Assembly: GCA_964016885.1 (NCBI GenBank)
Contig: OZ024741.1
Coordinates: forward strand, 103,664,001 to 103,728,000
Reading direction: 5' to 3'
DNA from: Eledone cirrhosa
Lineage: Eukaryota
DNA length: 64,000 nt
The first letter of the stretch is position 1. Each line of letters begins with the position of its first letter. Positions 13,290-24,874 of this stretch are shown one piece after another. Below the pieces are notes generated by a model, which saw only the letters and a program-made list of their open reading frames with translations, did no database searches and had not been told where the DNA came from. Made by a program: the position numbers and the translations under genes.

Positions 13290-13550
13290 AATTGGCCCAA
13301 TACAGGTGGTATTTCTTCGACCACAACTTGTGATCTGTTTGTCTGGAAACACTTAATTCATTGTAGTAACTTTCCAGACACCAATGCTGGTTGTTTTTTT
13401 CAAATGGATATTATGATCAACCATGTCAAAGGCGCTGCTCAAATCAAGGTATATGGCATTAGTGTTGGAGCCCTCTCGCAAGGTTTTCAGAATATTATCA
13501 AAGTAATGCCGAAGCTGTGTTAGGTTGTCCTAGCAGTCGAATATGTGTCT
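13290..13550 (-). pseudogene. CR1/Jockey-type RT fragment
   Basis: Minus translation LTQLRHYFDNILKTLREGSNTNAIYLDLSSAFDMVDHNI. Confidence 0.7.
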
Positions 13551-13891
13551 TGCCGCTGGTAGTATTTTAGTTTGCTGATTTTTTTTTAATTCTTTTTATT
13601 TTTCTGATAATAGTTTTTTTTCTGTTTGGGGAGATTCTGCGCTTAGTTTTGTTCACAGATCTTGATGAGGTTTGTTTTGCACATGGGTTTGTAACAGTGT
13701 CTACAGATATCTGCCGAGTTTTGATGTTGGTGGAAGTGTGTGTATATATAGGCGTTCACTTCCCAGCTACTTTTTTCTGGCTCCAGACTCCTAATGCGGC
13801 ACTCTGAGCAAACGTTTTCTACTATAGCCTAGAGTTGACCAATTTCTTCTAAGTAGAATTTGGCTGGAAACACTTTGGGATCTTTCTAACC

Positions 13892-13894
<3 letters not shown>

Positions 13895-13950
<56 letters not shown>

Positions 13951-14109
13951 CTTTTCTCCCATCTGTCTCACTCACTCACTCTCTCTCTCTCTCCATATAT
14001 ATTTATATATATATAAAGAGAGAAAGAGAGAGAGAGAGAGAAACATACATACATACATACATACATACATACATACATACACTCTCTCTCTCACTCTCTC
14101 TCTCTCTCT

Positions 14110-14161
<52 letters not shown>

Positions 14162-14170
14162 ATATATATA

Positions 14171-14247
<77 letters not shown>

Positions 14248-14271
14248 TACATACATACATACATACATACA

Positions 14272-14300
<29 letters not shown>
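13895..14300. repeat. Compound (CT)n/(TA)n/(GA)n/(TACA)n microsatellites
   Basis: Direct. Confidence 0.95.
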
Positions 14301-14302
<2 letters not shown>

Positions 14303-14910
14303 GGTGGCTGCCAACTCGTTTTCGAGTACGGCCACTACTTTATATCCATGTAGGAGAACCCCTACCAATGCGCTGAATGAATGTGACTTTTTAGTCCAGC
14401 CAGCGACTTGAAAACTCTGGTACAAACACTACACCTGTGACAATTATTGACACATAGTGCTGGGCCCATGGTACCATGTGACGACAAGTGCAGAGAGATC
14501 TCCAGATATAAAGCAATGCCTGTGCTGTGAAGCTTTTATAGTGAGCAAAGGCACTGCACAAAGCCAGTCCCACTCTCTTAACCAAGATGATATTTACCAA
14601 AAAGAAGAACAATTCAACATCATTGGATACCATCAGGGTTGCAGGTGTTATATTAGAGTTTTCCTTCTCCTAGAATTCTGCCTTGACAAAGGCTAAGGGG
14701 TCATCTCTCCCGGTGATTTTGGATGGCTATTGACTCTTAAGAGCCCCTTTGCCTTTTGACAGGTTTTGTTTTTAGTCCTGCAGGATGTCCAAAGCCACCC
14801 TCCTCACCAAGAAACCTTGGTGGGGTTGCCAGTTTAGTCGCCAACGACCCGACCATGAGACAGGTTGTACTGGGATTCATGTTACCAGTAGCACCAACTG
14901 GTGACCTGAC
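14301..14910 (-). mobile_element. Non-autonomous RTE-derived element with (TATG)n tail and a structured 5' end; related truncated copy at ~15932-16235
   Basis: CTAGGAGAAGGAAAACTC motif, which I recall from RTE 5' UTRs. Flanked by (TACA)n on both sides. Similar 3' ends at 14301 and 15932. Confidence 0.5.
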
Positions 14911-15004
14911 ACATATATACATACATACATACATACATACATACATACATACATACATACATACATACATACATACATACATACATACATACATACATAC
15001 ATAC

Positions 15005-15655
15005 AGGAAATCAATACAAAATACCTGATTCACAAAAGAGATAGGGATGCAGACAAAACATCTAGATGTGACAACAAATGCAGACTCTGCAGAATTAACA
15101 TCGAAGATGTCACCCATATCATAAGCAGCTGTCCAAAGATGTCATCGCGGTACTATCTACCTATGAGGCATGATGTAGTAGCCAAAACACTACAATGCAA
15201 TCCGTAGAAAATATAGCCCCGACAATAAACACATTAAAAGTTACAGCAATGTGGAAGACATACATATACATAATATGACAGAGTACTGGTGGAATGTTCC
15301 AGTAAAACCCCCAATAAAATGCAGGTATAACAGACCAGATATTATGATATGGGACAGGGAAAAGAAGGCATGTACAGTAGTGGAAGTTAGCTGCCCAGCA
15401 GATGCCAATATAATATTAGAGATTAGCGAAAAGGAGAATATCTATGCAAAACTAATGAGAAATCTGTAGATACTCCACCCTGACTATAACTTCAGATTTA
15501 TACCTGTGATTATTGGGACACTGGGATATGTTAGTAAGTGTCTCAGTACAAATCTTGAGAAGCTGGGCTTCACATAAACAGAAAGAACACGACTAGATAG
15601 GAAATTACAAGTACAATCCATTAAAATATGTAAAACATTCCAAATATTTTGGATC
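15005..15655 (+). pseudogene. R4/Dong-like LINE 3' fragment: CCHC plus restriction-like endonuclease
   Basis: CRLC..EDVTHIISSCPK, RHDVVAK, YNRPDIMIWD..VVEVSCP..EKENIY, IPVIIGTLG. Confidence 0.85.
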
Positions 15656-16449
15656 TAATAACTGCATGTACACAAGTACATATACAAAGCATATTCACAT
15701 GCACACATATAACTCAAAACATACACATCCACATATACAATAACATCCATACCTGCACACACATGCATGCATATCTACCTAGTTGATGTTGGTTAAATTC
15801 ACATGAGAGGGTCTTGCATCTATGTTAGAATCCGACTGTCTCTCTTGGTAAAAAAATATAAAATTATAAAACCAGAAGAACATGCATACGTATATACATA
15901 AATACATACATGCATACATGCATACATACATGATGGCTGCAAACTCTGCTAAGAGTACTGCAATCGCTTGTCAGATTATAGAGTTTGGTGCACTTTTAAA
16001 CTACAGCAAGCCACAGTAACATATCCTGAACAAGCAATGCCTGTGCTTTTAAGGTTTTTAAGTGGGGAAAGGCCTTGCACTCGACCAATCTCACTCTCTG
16101 AGCATCGAAAACACTACCCGAAAAGGAGAACTGGTCAACATCATCGGATGCTTCCAAAGCAGCAGGTTTTTTTTTCAGCGTTTCCCTCTCCTAGAAAGGT
16201 GTTGTGACAACAATTGGAAGCCTTTCACTCCCAGGTGAAAAAAAAAGTACATACATACATATGACGTTGAAAACTATTAATTAAATTTTAAATGAATACT
16301 CTCTAACAGTAATGCCACAACTACCAGCCTTGTTAAATAACTGGATATTCTTCTGATGATATTCATTGAAGATACCTTTTATTCAAAATCGTAGAGATAT
16401 CCGTCTGAATATTAAATTCACTTTACAATGATTTGCTACAAACAATATG

Positions 16450-17150
16450 ACTGGACACGACAACAACAATAACACTGAATTGAAGAAAAACTACAATGAG
16501 AACGGTAAAAATAATATTTTAGTTGTAGTTGCCGAAGGAACCGAAACTATGAATCACATTTTTCTCGGGGCTATGAACTCAATAACGACCTATTTAATTG
16601 TTATAAAATGGCAAAAAAAGATCCCTTTGTTGGCTATATAAAAAATGGTTGAAGCTACACTGGGACGAACTTCATCCAGAGCTAAATTATTTCACAGCCA
16701 AACAATTACGCCGACAAGAAACGTTTGTCGAACATAAAAATAACAATAATGAAAGCGTGAAACCTTTAGAAACAACAACACTAAGTGATCAGTCTCCTAG
16801 ATCGGACATGCAATCAACACGTGTCACAATAGACCGCTATATTACTAGGTTTTCTTGTAGCCAGTTCGACCATCAACAACAAATAAAGGCAATACACAAA
16901 CGGTCTCTTGATACAGCCATGCCGTCGACAAATTTGGCACCATCTGTTACAACAGACCATAATTCGACTGCTATATCTCGCAATCATGTTAACGACCAAC
17001 AAAATACCGACAATAATAAGTCTACAATTAACTGGGAAAATGAAGCGTATAAACAGTTAAAATATATCCTTAGCAAAATTTTCCAAACAGAGATTAGTAT
17101 ATGAAACTTTCTCTCAAAATAGACATAAATCGACAATATTAAACAAGAAA
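16450..17150 (+). pseudogene. Probable N-terminal fragment of an R4/Dong-like LINE ORF
   Basis: LKLHWDELHPELNYFTAKQLRRQ resembles RLE-LINE N-termini (from memory). Degenerate. Confidence 0.45.
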
Positions 17151-17404
17151 CCAAATAATTGTTTCTACTTTTTGGCACAAGGCCAGCAATTGTCTCAGTG
17201 TACTACTGGTACTTTATTTTATCGACCCCGTAAGGATGAAAGGCAAAGTTAACCTCGGTGTGTGCTATCAACGAAATTGGAGGTATACATTTACGGCATA
17301 TTAAAGACACGGGAGCGGACATCGGCTATTAAATCATCATTTTTGTCCATTCCCATGTCTTTAGATTGGATTGCCTCGGAAACGTTTCCTTATTACATAA
17401 TGAT

Positions 17405-17485
17405 GCTGTCTGATGAGATCGCGTGACCGGTTACATGATTGAACAATCACGTAACCACGATCGTCATTGAAATATGTATCACAGC
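17405..17485 (+). ncRNA. Type I hammerhead ribozyme with extended stem II
   Basis: GCTGT-CTGATGA-[long hairpin]-GAAA-TATGTA-TC-ACAGC. Perfect 5-bp stem I and AUC site. Confidence 0.8.
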
Positions 17486-17536
17486 TTTGTTAATAAAGGA
17501 CTCTTTAATATCTAAACAGAACTTCGCATTTTCCTT

Positions 17537-17593
<57 letters not shown>

Positions 17594-17628
17594 AGTAAGT
17601 ATGTTTTGAAACAATGAGCAGGTTTGAA

Positions 17629-17833
17629 ATTAGAAAATAGAATAGCTTTCACCGTATTTTTGACTAAAGAAATTTTAGCCTGATAATGGGGTTTAGAACC
17701 CTCAGATAAATGGAAAAAGATGAGTATTGACGTACATGTACGTCAATACTCATCTTTTTCCATTTATCTGAGGGTTCTAAACCCCATTATCAGGCTAAAA
17801 TTTCTTTAGTCAAAAATACGGTGAAAGCTGTTC

Positions 17834-17844
<11 letters not shown>
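17629..17844. repeat. 216-bp spacerless palindrome
   Basis: Centre GACGTACA|TGTACGTC (17736/17737), one mismatch seen, ends in (TA)n. Confidence 0.95.
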
Positions 17845-17916
<72 letters not shown>

Positions 17917-17962
17917 GTGTGTGTGGTTGTGTGTATTCGACAGCTAGTTCCAAGCTGATATA

Positions 17963-18225
17963 TAAAGACCCCTTCGGTCACGAACGACCACGAGATTTGT
18001 ATCTAGAAAGTTTCCCTTCCGAGGCACAAATCCGGGCAAGGTTGTTTGTGGAAGACCAGCAGTCACCCATGCATACCAGTCACCCCTCTCCAGGCCACCG
18101 ATGTTATCCAAGGGAAAGGCAATGGCCAATAGAGCTTGACATCAATGAGGTCGCATCTCCTTTCTACAGCTGAGTGAACTGGAGCAACGTGAAATAAAAG
18201 GTATTGCTCAAGGACACAACGCATG
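17963..18225 (-). mobile_element. tRNA-derived SINE body (same family as 57901-58235)
   Basis: Reverse complement matches the 3' half of the 57901 copy. Confidence 0.75.
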
Positions 18226-18242
18226 CATCACCCAGTCCGAAG

Positions 18243-18278
<36 letters not shown>

Positions 18279-18358
18279 TAACAGATTAAAGTTTAAGCAA
18301 AGAATCGCTGCTTTCACCCTTAATGGGATCTTCTGAAACAATATATATTTGATATATA

Positions 18359-18751
18359 CGAGAGTAATCCCAAAAGTAAGGCCTCCAAAGCGATGGGGAC
18401 GCAGAGAAACTGTTCGTACGGCTGTTAACAACACTCTTGTTATTGGTGCTTCCTTCACTCCCAAACAAGCATGCGCGCGCTTCGCTGGGATGCTCAATAT
18501 TGGCTTGGCAGCCGTTGAGAATGGAGCTCCCGTTGAACGGTACCGCCAAGTGCGATTTTCGCACAGTTATTATATAAAGGGCAATCCCAAAAGTAAGGTC
18601 TCCTTCCGAGGAAAACATGCGTAAAGATCAGCGGATCACTCTGGATGCTCTCTGCATCTTGGTTCCTGAGGTTTCCCGAAGCACCATCCACAGGATTTTA
18701 ACGGAAAAGTTGCAATATCGGAAGGAGACCTTACTTTTGGGATTGCCCTCG
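18359..18751 (+). mobile_element. Internally deleted mariner element
   Basis: TIRs CGAG(A/G)G(T/C)AATCCCAAAAGTAAGG(C/T)CTCC, TA on both sides, extra internal TIR at ~18575-18604, transposase HTH remnant RKDQRITLDAL..VSRSTIHRILTEKLQYRK. Confidence 0.8.
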
Positions 18752-18804
18752 TATTTATCCTTATCGAGCCCTCTTTGGATTTTAGTCTTCACATTTATTA
18801 TTAT

Positions 18805-18867
<63 letters not shown>

Positions 18868-18871
<4 letters not shown>

Positions 18872-19512
18872 GATAAGCAGAACAAGTAAAATTCAATCAA
18901 TTTTTCAAAATACATTAAAAAATATAATATAAATTATCAAATTAACACCATTGAACAACCTTGAATCATAGACAACCTATGTATTTCTAGGGGTACCTAG
19001 TATCCCTGGACATATTAACTTCTACCTTTTTCTCCGTCCGTTGAGAACAATCCTGTTGCTCTACTTGGCTGCTATTTTTTTAGTAGTAATTGTAGACAGC
19101 AAGTCTTTGATTTTCCCGCTTTTACTTCGGTCCAGTTTACATACGGGTCAATTTTACGACCTTTCAGACCTTTATTAGCTGGCAGGAGGTTGTATATTTT
19201 GTCGTTCCTGGGACGTTTAGCCTTAGGAAGGGAAAATGCTTCTCTGATGAGCTTTGGTTTTCCATCATAAATCCATCGGATTTATGAGGTTTTACAAAGC
19301 GAAACTGATCAGTAAGGGCCACTAGGAGAGGTAAATATTTATATTATATTTTTTAATGTATTTTGAAAAATTGATTGAATTTTACTTGTTCTGCTTATCT
19401 TAATATTAAAGTTCTGGTGTATCAAATTAACACCATTGAACAACCTTGAATCATAGACAACCTATGTATTTCTAGGGGTACCTAGTATCCCTGGACATAT
19501 TAACTTCTACCT
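18868..19512 (+). mobile_element. ~485-bp hammerhead mini-element with terminal redundancy and an inverted 5' segment
   Basis: Direct repeat 18935-19028 = 19420-19512. 18868-18934 is an inverted copy of ~19338-19404. Hammerhead at 19240-19318. Confidence 0.85.
19240..19318 (+). ncRNA. Type I hammerhead ribozyme
   Basis: TTCT-CTGATGA-GCTTTG..CAAAGC-GAAA-CTGATCAG-TA-AGGG. Palindromic stem III and GUA site. Confidence 0.8.
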
Positions 19513-19538
19513 ACATATATATATATATATATATATAT

Positions 19539-20281
19539 AGTGAAAAAATGGAACGGGAACAAAACAGAGAGGCAGTACAAACAAAGGTTTATTAGTTTCA
19601 CGCTCTTGAGAGTGGGGGTGGGGAACGACGTTTCGGGGATAAGCCCTTCTTCAGGAGAAAAGTGGGTGGGAAGAGAGTTCCGAGGGTGTGTGGGTAAGTC
19701 GTGGAGAGACATTTATAAAAAAGGGGGATAGGAAAGGGAGGAAAACGGTGGAAGGATACAAATAAAAATTAAAATAAACATGAAGATAAACAAGTGGTCG
19801 AAGAGTGTGGGGCGTGTAGGGGTAATGGCGGGTGGAGTGGGGAGAGGGAGGCAGAGTGTCAGAGCGGGGAGGGCTGAAGGTGGTGTTTGTGTATGTGTGT
19901 AGGTGTACGTGTGTGTGTGTGTGTGTATGTGAATGTGAGATTTGGGGGAACAACGAGGTTCCATGTTCAAGAAAAGGTGTTGGTGTGTGGGGTGGGGGGT
20001 AGGTCGGTGTGTATGTGCGTGTGGATGAGGGGTCAGAGGGTGGGGACGGGGGAAGAGGATTCCGGAGGCTGAGTGTGTATAGATATGGGGGTACGCACGT
20101 GTGATTTGGTGTTTATACGTTTTGTGGATGTAGGTGGCGTGGTTCGAAAACAAAAAATTGTGAGTGTATGACAGTGGGTAATTCCTAAGGAACTACCTTA
20201 GGAACTTACCCACGGACATACACTCACAATTTTTTGTTTTCGAACCACGCCACCTACATCCACAAAACGTATAAACACCAA
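19539..20281 (-). mobile_element. PLE-like 3' UTR remnant with hammerhead-like core (19624-19654) ending in a fold-back (20107-20281); + strand relative at 57430-57860
   Basis: CTGAAGA-AGGG CTTAT CCCC-GAAA-CGTCG-TT with no clear stem I. Palindrome centred on CCTAAGG AACTA CCTTAGG. Confidence 0.6.
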
Positions 20282-20431
20282 CACACTCAGCCACGCGTCT
20301 TCATATATATCTATATATATGTATATATATATATGTATATATATGTATATGTATATGTATATATATATATAATATATATATGTATATATATATATATATA
20401 TAATATATATATGTGTGTGTGCGTGTGTATA

Positions 20432-20506
<75 letters not shown>

Positions 20507-20509
20507 ATA

Positions 20510-20564
<55 letters not shown>

Positions 20565-20625
20565 GGGTAATATCCGGCAACTCTTCACACCCTCTACGGA
20601 ACTACCTTAGGAACTTACCCATTAG

Positions 20626-20670
<45 letters not shown>

Positions 20671-20673
20671 ATA

Positions 20674-20770
<97 letters not shown>

Positions 20771-20989
20771 ATATATATGTATATATATATATATATGTGT
20801 ATATATATATATATATATGTCTTTGCGCGTAATTGTTTTTCGCCGCTCCTATTAATGACGTATTATTCGTTTTTTCCCGTTCTTTGCCAGCGAACGTTAC
20901 CACGAACCAAAGTATCATCTTCCTGTCTTCCTCCGGTTGCAACGTTTTTTGAAATATCCAGTTCTGCGTTTACAGATTGACTTTGTTAG

Positions 20990-21062
20990 TTTCAGAAGAT
21001 CCCGTTAAGGGTGAAAGCAGCGATTCTTTGGTTAAACGTTAATCTGTTATTTTAATAAATAT
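20990..21062 (+). repeat. 'Family A' dispersed ~170-bp mini-element (also 18273-18810, 23003-23042, 29061-29130, 29377-29558, 34111-34314, 58405-58572)
   Basis: Shared CAGAAGATCCCGTTAAGGGTGAAAGCAGCGATTCTTTG and CTCTTTGGATTTTAGTCTTCAAATTTATTATT segments, often as inverted pairs. Confidence 0.85.
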
Positions 21063-21075
21063 ATGTATATATACA

Positions 21076-21138
<63 letters not shown>

Positions 21139-21141
21139 ATA

Positions 21142-21259
<118 letters not shown>

Positions 21260-21330
21260 TATACATATATATACACACATATATATATATATATATACAT
21301 ATATGTATATATATATATATACATATATCA

Positions 21331-21466
21331 TTTTTTATTTTATAGAAGGAGCTTCTACAGGAGTAGTACTGTTTCATTCAGATGAAATCTTCAGGAGCTT
21401 CCTGAAGATTTCATCTGAATGAAACAGTACTAGTCCTGTAGAAGCACCTTCTATAAAATAAAAAAT
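21331..21466. mobile_element. Near-perfect palindrome of two head-to-head hammerhead cores
   Basis: Loop GCT at 21397-21399. + arm reads CTGAAGA-TTTCATCTGAAT-GAAA-CAGTACTAG-TC. Confidence 0.75.
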
Positions 21467-21572
21467 ATTTACTCTGCCATGTATTGAGTACCTTACTTAC
21501 TGTGGTTATCCCCGACTCAACCGGGGACCTACGTATATATACATATAAATATATATGTATATATATATACAC

Positions 21573-21605
<33 letters not shown>

Positions 21606-21626
21606 TATATATATATATATATATGG

Positions 21627-21840
21627 TGAAGGCATGTGGCTGAGTGGTTAGGGAATTGGATTCGCAATCGTAAGGTTGTGAGTTCGACTCCTGGACCAGG
21701 CGATTCGTTATGTCCTTGAGCAAGACACTTTATTTCACGTTGCTCCTTCTACCTGGAGTTGCGACCGATAGATAGTATTAGCAATTGGAAAGACCAACGG
21801 AAAGATTGTTCCCTCGGTCCGATTTGACGAAAGTCGATCG
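21627..21840 (+). mobile_element. tRNA-derived SINE with CORE-like domain
   Basis: A box TGGCTGAGTGG, B box GAGTTCGACTC, TGTCCTTGAGCAAGACACTT. Close copy at 29143-29355. Confidence 0.8.
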
Positions 21841-21843
21841 TTC

Positions 21844-21968
<125 letters not shown>

Positions 21969-22147
21969 ATACTTGGGGAGGGTCATATTTGTGTAATATT
22001 GCCAGAATTAATAACAGAACACACTCACTGTTTGGTTGGTTTTCGCTTCTCGCTTCTGTGTCTTTTATATCGGGAATCTAACTTACTCGCAAAACTAATT
22101 CACCGCCGCTATATATATATACATATATATATATATATACATATATG

Positions 22148-22768
<621 letters not shown>

Positions 22769-22787
22769 TAATATATATACATATATG

Positions 22788-22867
<80 letters not shown>

Positions 22868-22962
22868 TATATATAGATATACATATATATATATATATAA
22901 TTATATATAGATATAGATATACATATATATATATACATATATATATACACATATATATATAC

Positions 22963-23004
<42 letters not shown>

Positions 23005-23037
23005 TCTTTGGATTTTAGTCTTCAAATTTATTATTAT

Positions 23038-23126
<89 letters not shown>

Positions 23127-23171
23127 CATATATATATACATATATATATACATATATATATATATATACGC

Positions 23172-23223
<52 letters not shown>

Positions 23224-23239
23224 TTATATATATATATAC

Positions 23240-23310
<71 letters not shown>

Positions 23311-23315
<5 letters not shown>

Positions 23316-24874
23316 ATAAATGCTCTGAAATAGCGATATATATGTGAATATAGACATAGAATATTCGAAAATATTCTGTATGTTTATAATAAACATTTTG
23401 AAGACCTAATCGCTATAGAATAGAATACGTCACGTATTACAATTAGATTCTCGATAAAAGCAAGGGAAGTAATCTACGCGTTTCATTCTCGTTAGAAATC
23501 ATCAGGACTACATATCCAGTGCTTTTATCGAGAATGACACAGCTAGAGACTTATAGAATACTTAGCTGTGTACAGGAACTGGTTTGAAAGAGCGGTTGCC
23601 GGTCCGGCAGAAATTAGAAATTGGAATAAATGCTCTGAAATAGCGATATATATGTGAATATAGACATAGAATATTCGAAAATATTCTGTATGTTTATAAT
23701 AAACATTTTGAAGACCTAATCGCTATAGAATAGAATACGTCACGTATTACAATTAGATTCTCGATAAAAGCAAGGGAAGTAATCTACGCGTTTCATTCTC
23801 GTTAGAAATCATCAGGACTACATATCCAGTGCTTTTATCGAGAATGACACAGCTAGAGACTTATAGAATACTTAGCTGTGTACAGGAACTGGTTTGAAAG
23901 AGCGGTTGCCGGTCCGGCAGAAATTAGAAATTGGAATAAATGCTCTGAAATAGCGATATATATGTGAATATAGACATAGAATATTCGAAAATATTCTGTA
24001 TGTTTATAATAAACATTTTGAAGACCTAATCGCTATAGAATAGAATACGTCACGTATTACAATTAGATTCTCGATAAAAGCAAGGGAAGTAATCTACGCG
24101 TTTCATTCTCGTTAGAAATCATCAGGACTACATATCCAGTGCTTTTATCGAGAATGACACAGCTAGAGACTTATAGAATACTTAGCTGTGTACAGGAACT
24201 GGTTTGAAAGAGCGGTTGCCGGTCCGGCAGAAATTAGAAATTGGAATAAATGCTCTGAAATAGCGATATATATGTGAATATAGACATAGAATATTCGAAA
24301 ATATTCTGTATGTTTATAATAAACATTTTGAAGACCTAATCGCTATAGAATAGAATACGTCACGTATTACAATTAGATTCTCGATAAAAGCAAGGGAAGT
24401 AATCTACGCGTTTCATTCTCGTTAGAAATCATCAGGACTACATATCCAGTGCTTTTATCGAGAATGACACAGCTAGAGACTTATAGAATACTTAGCTGTG
24501 TACAGGAACTGGTTTGAAAGAGCGGTTGCCGGTCCGGCAGAAATTAGAAATTGGAATAAATGCTCTGAAATAGCGATATATATGTGAATATAGACATAGA
24601 ATATTCGAAAATATTCTGTATGTTTATAATAAACATTTTGAAGACCTAATCGCTATAGAATAGAATACGTCACGTATTACAATTAGATTCTCGATAAAAG
24701 CAAGGGAAGTAATCTACGCGTTTCATTCTCGTTAGAAATCATCAGGACTACATATCCAGTGCTTTTATCGAGAATGACACAGCTAGAGACTTATAGAATA
24801 CTTAGCTGTGTACAGGAACTGGTTTGAAAGAGCGGTTGCCGGTCCGGCAGAAATTAGAAATTGGAATAAATGCT
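23311..24874 (-). repeat. 310-bp tandem array, left block: 5 units, hammerhead on minus strand
   Basis: TTGGAATAAATGCT starts at 23311, 23621, 23931, 24241, 24551, 24861. Ribozymes at 23469-23511 +310n. Confidence 0.97.

Noticed and set aside
16350-16380. CTGATGA..GAAG motif
   Set aside because: No stems I, II or III; likely chance.
21627-21700. tRNA genes (also 29143, 57901)
   Set aside because: A/B boxes run into SINE body sequence and the acceptor stem is not intact.
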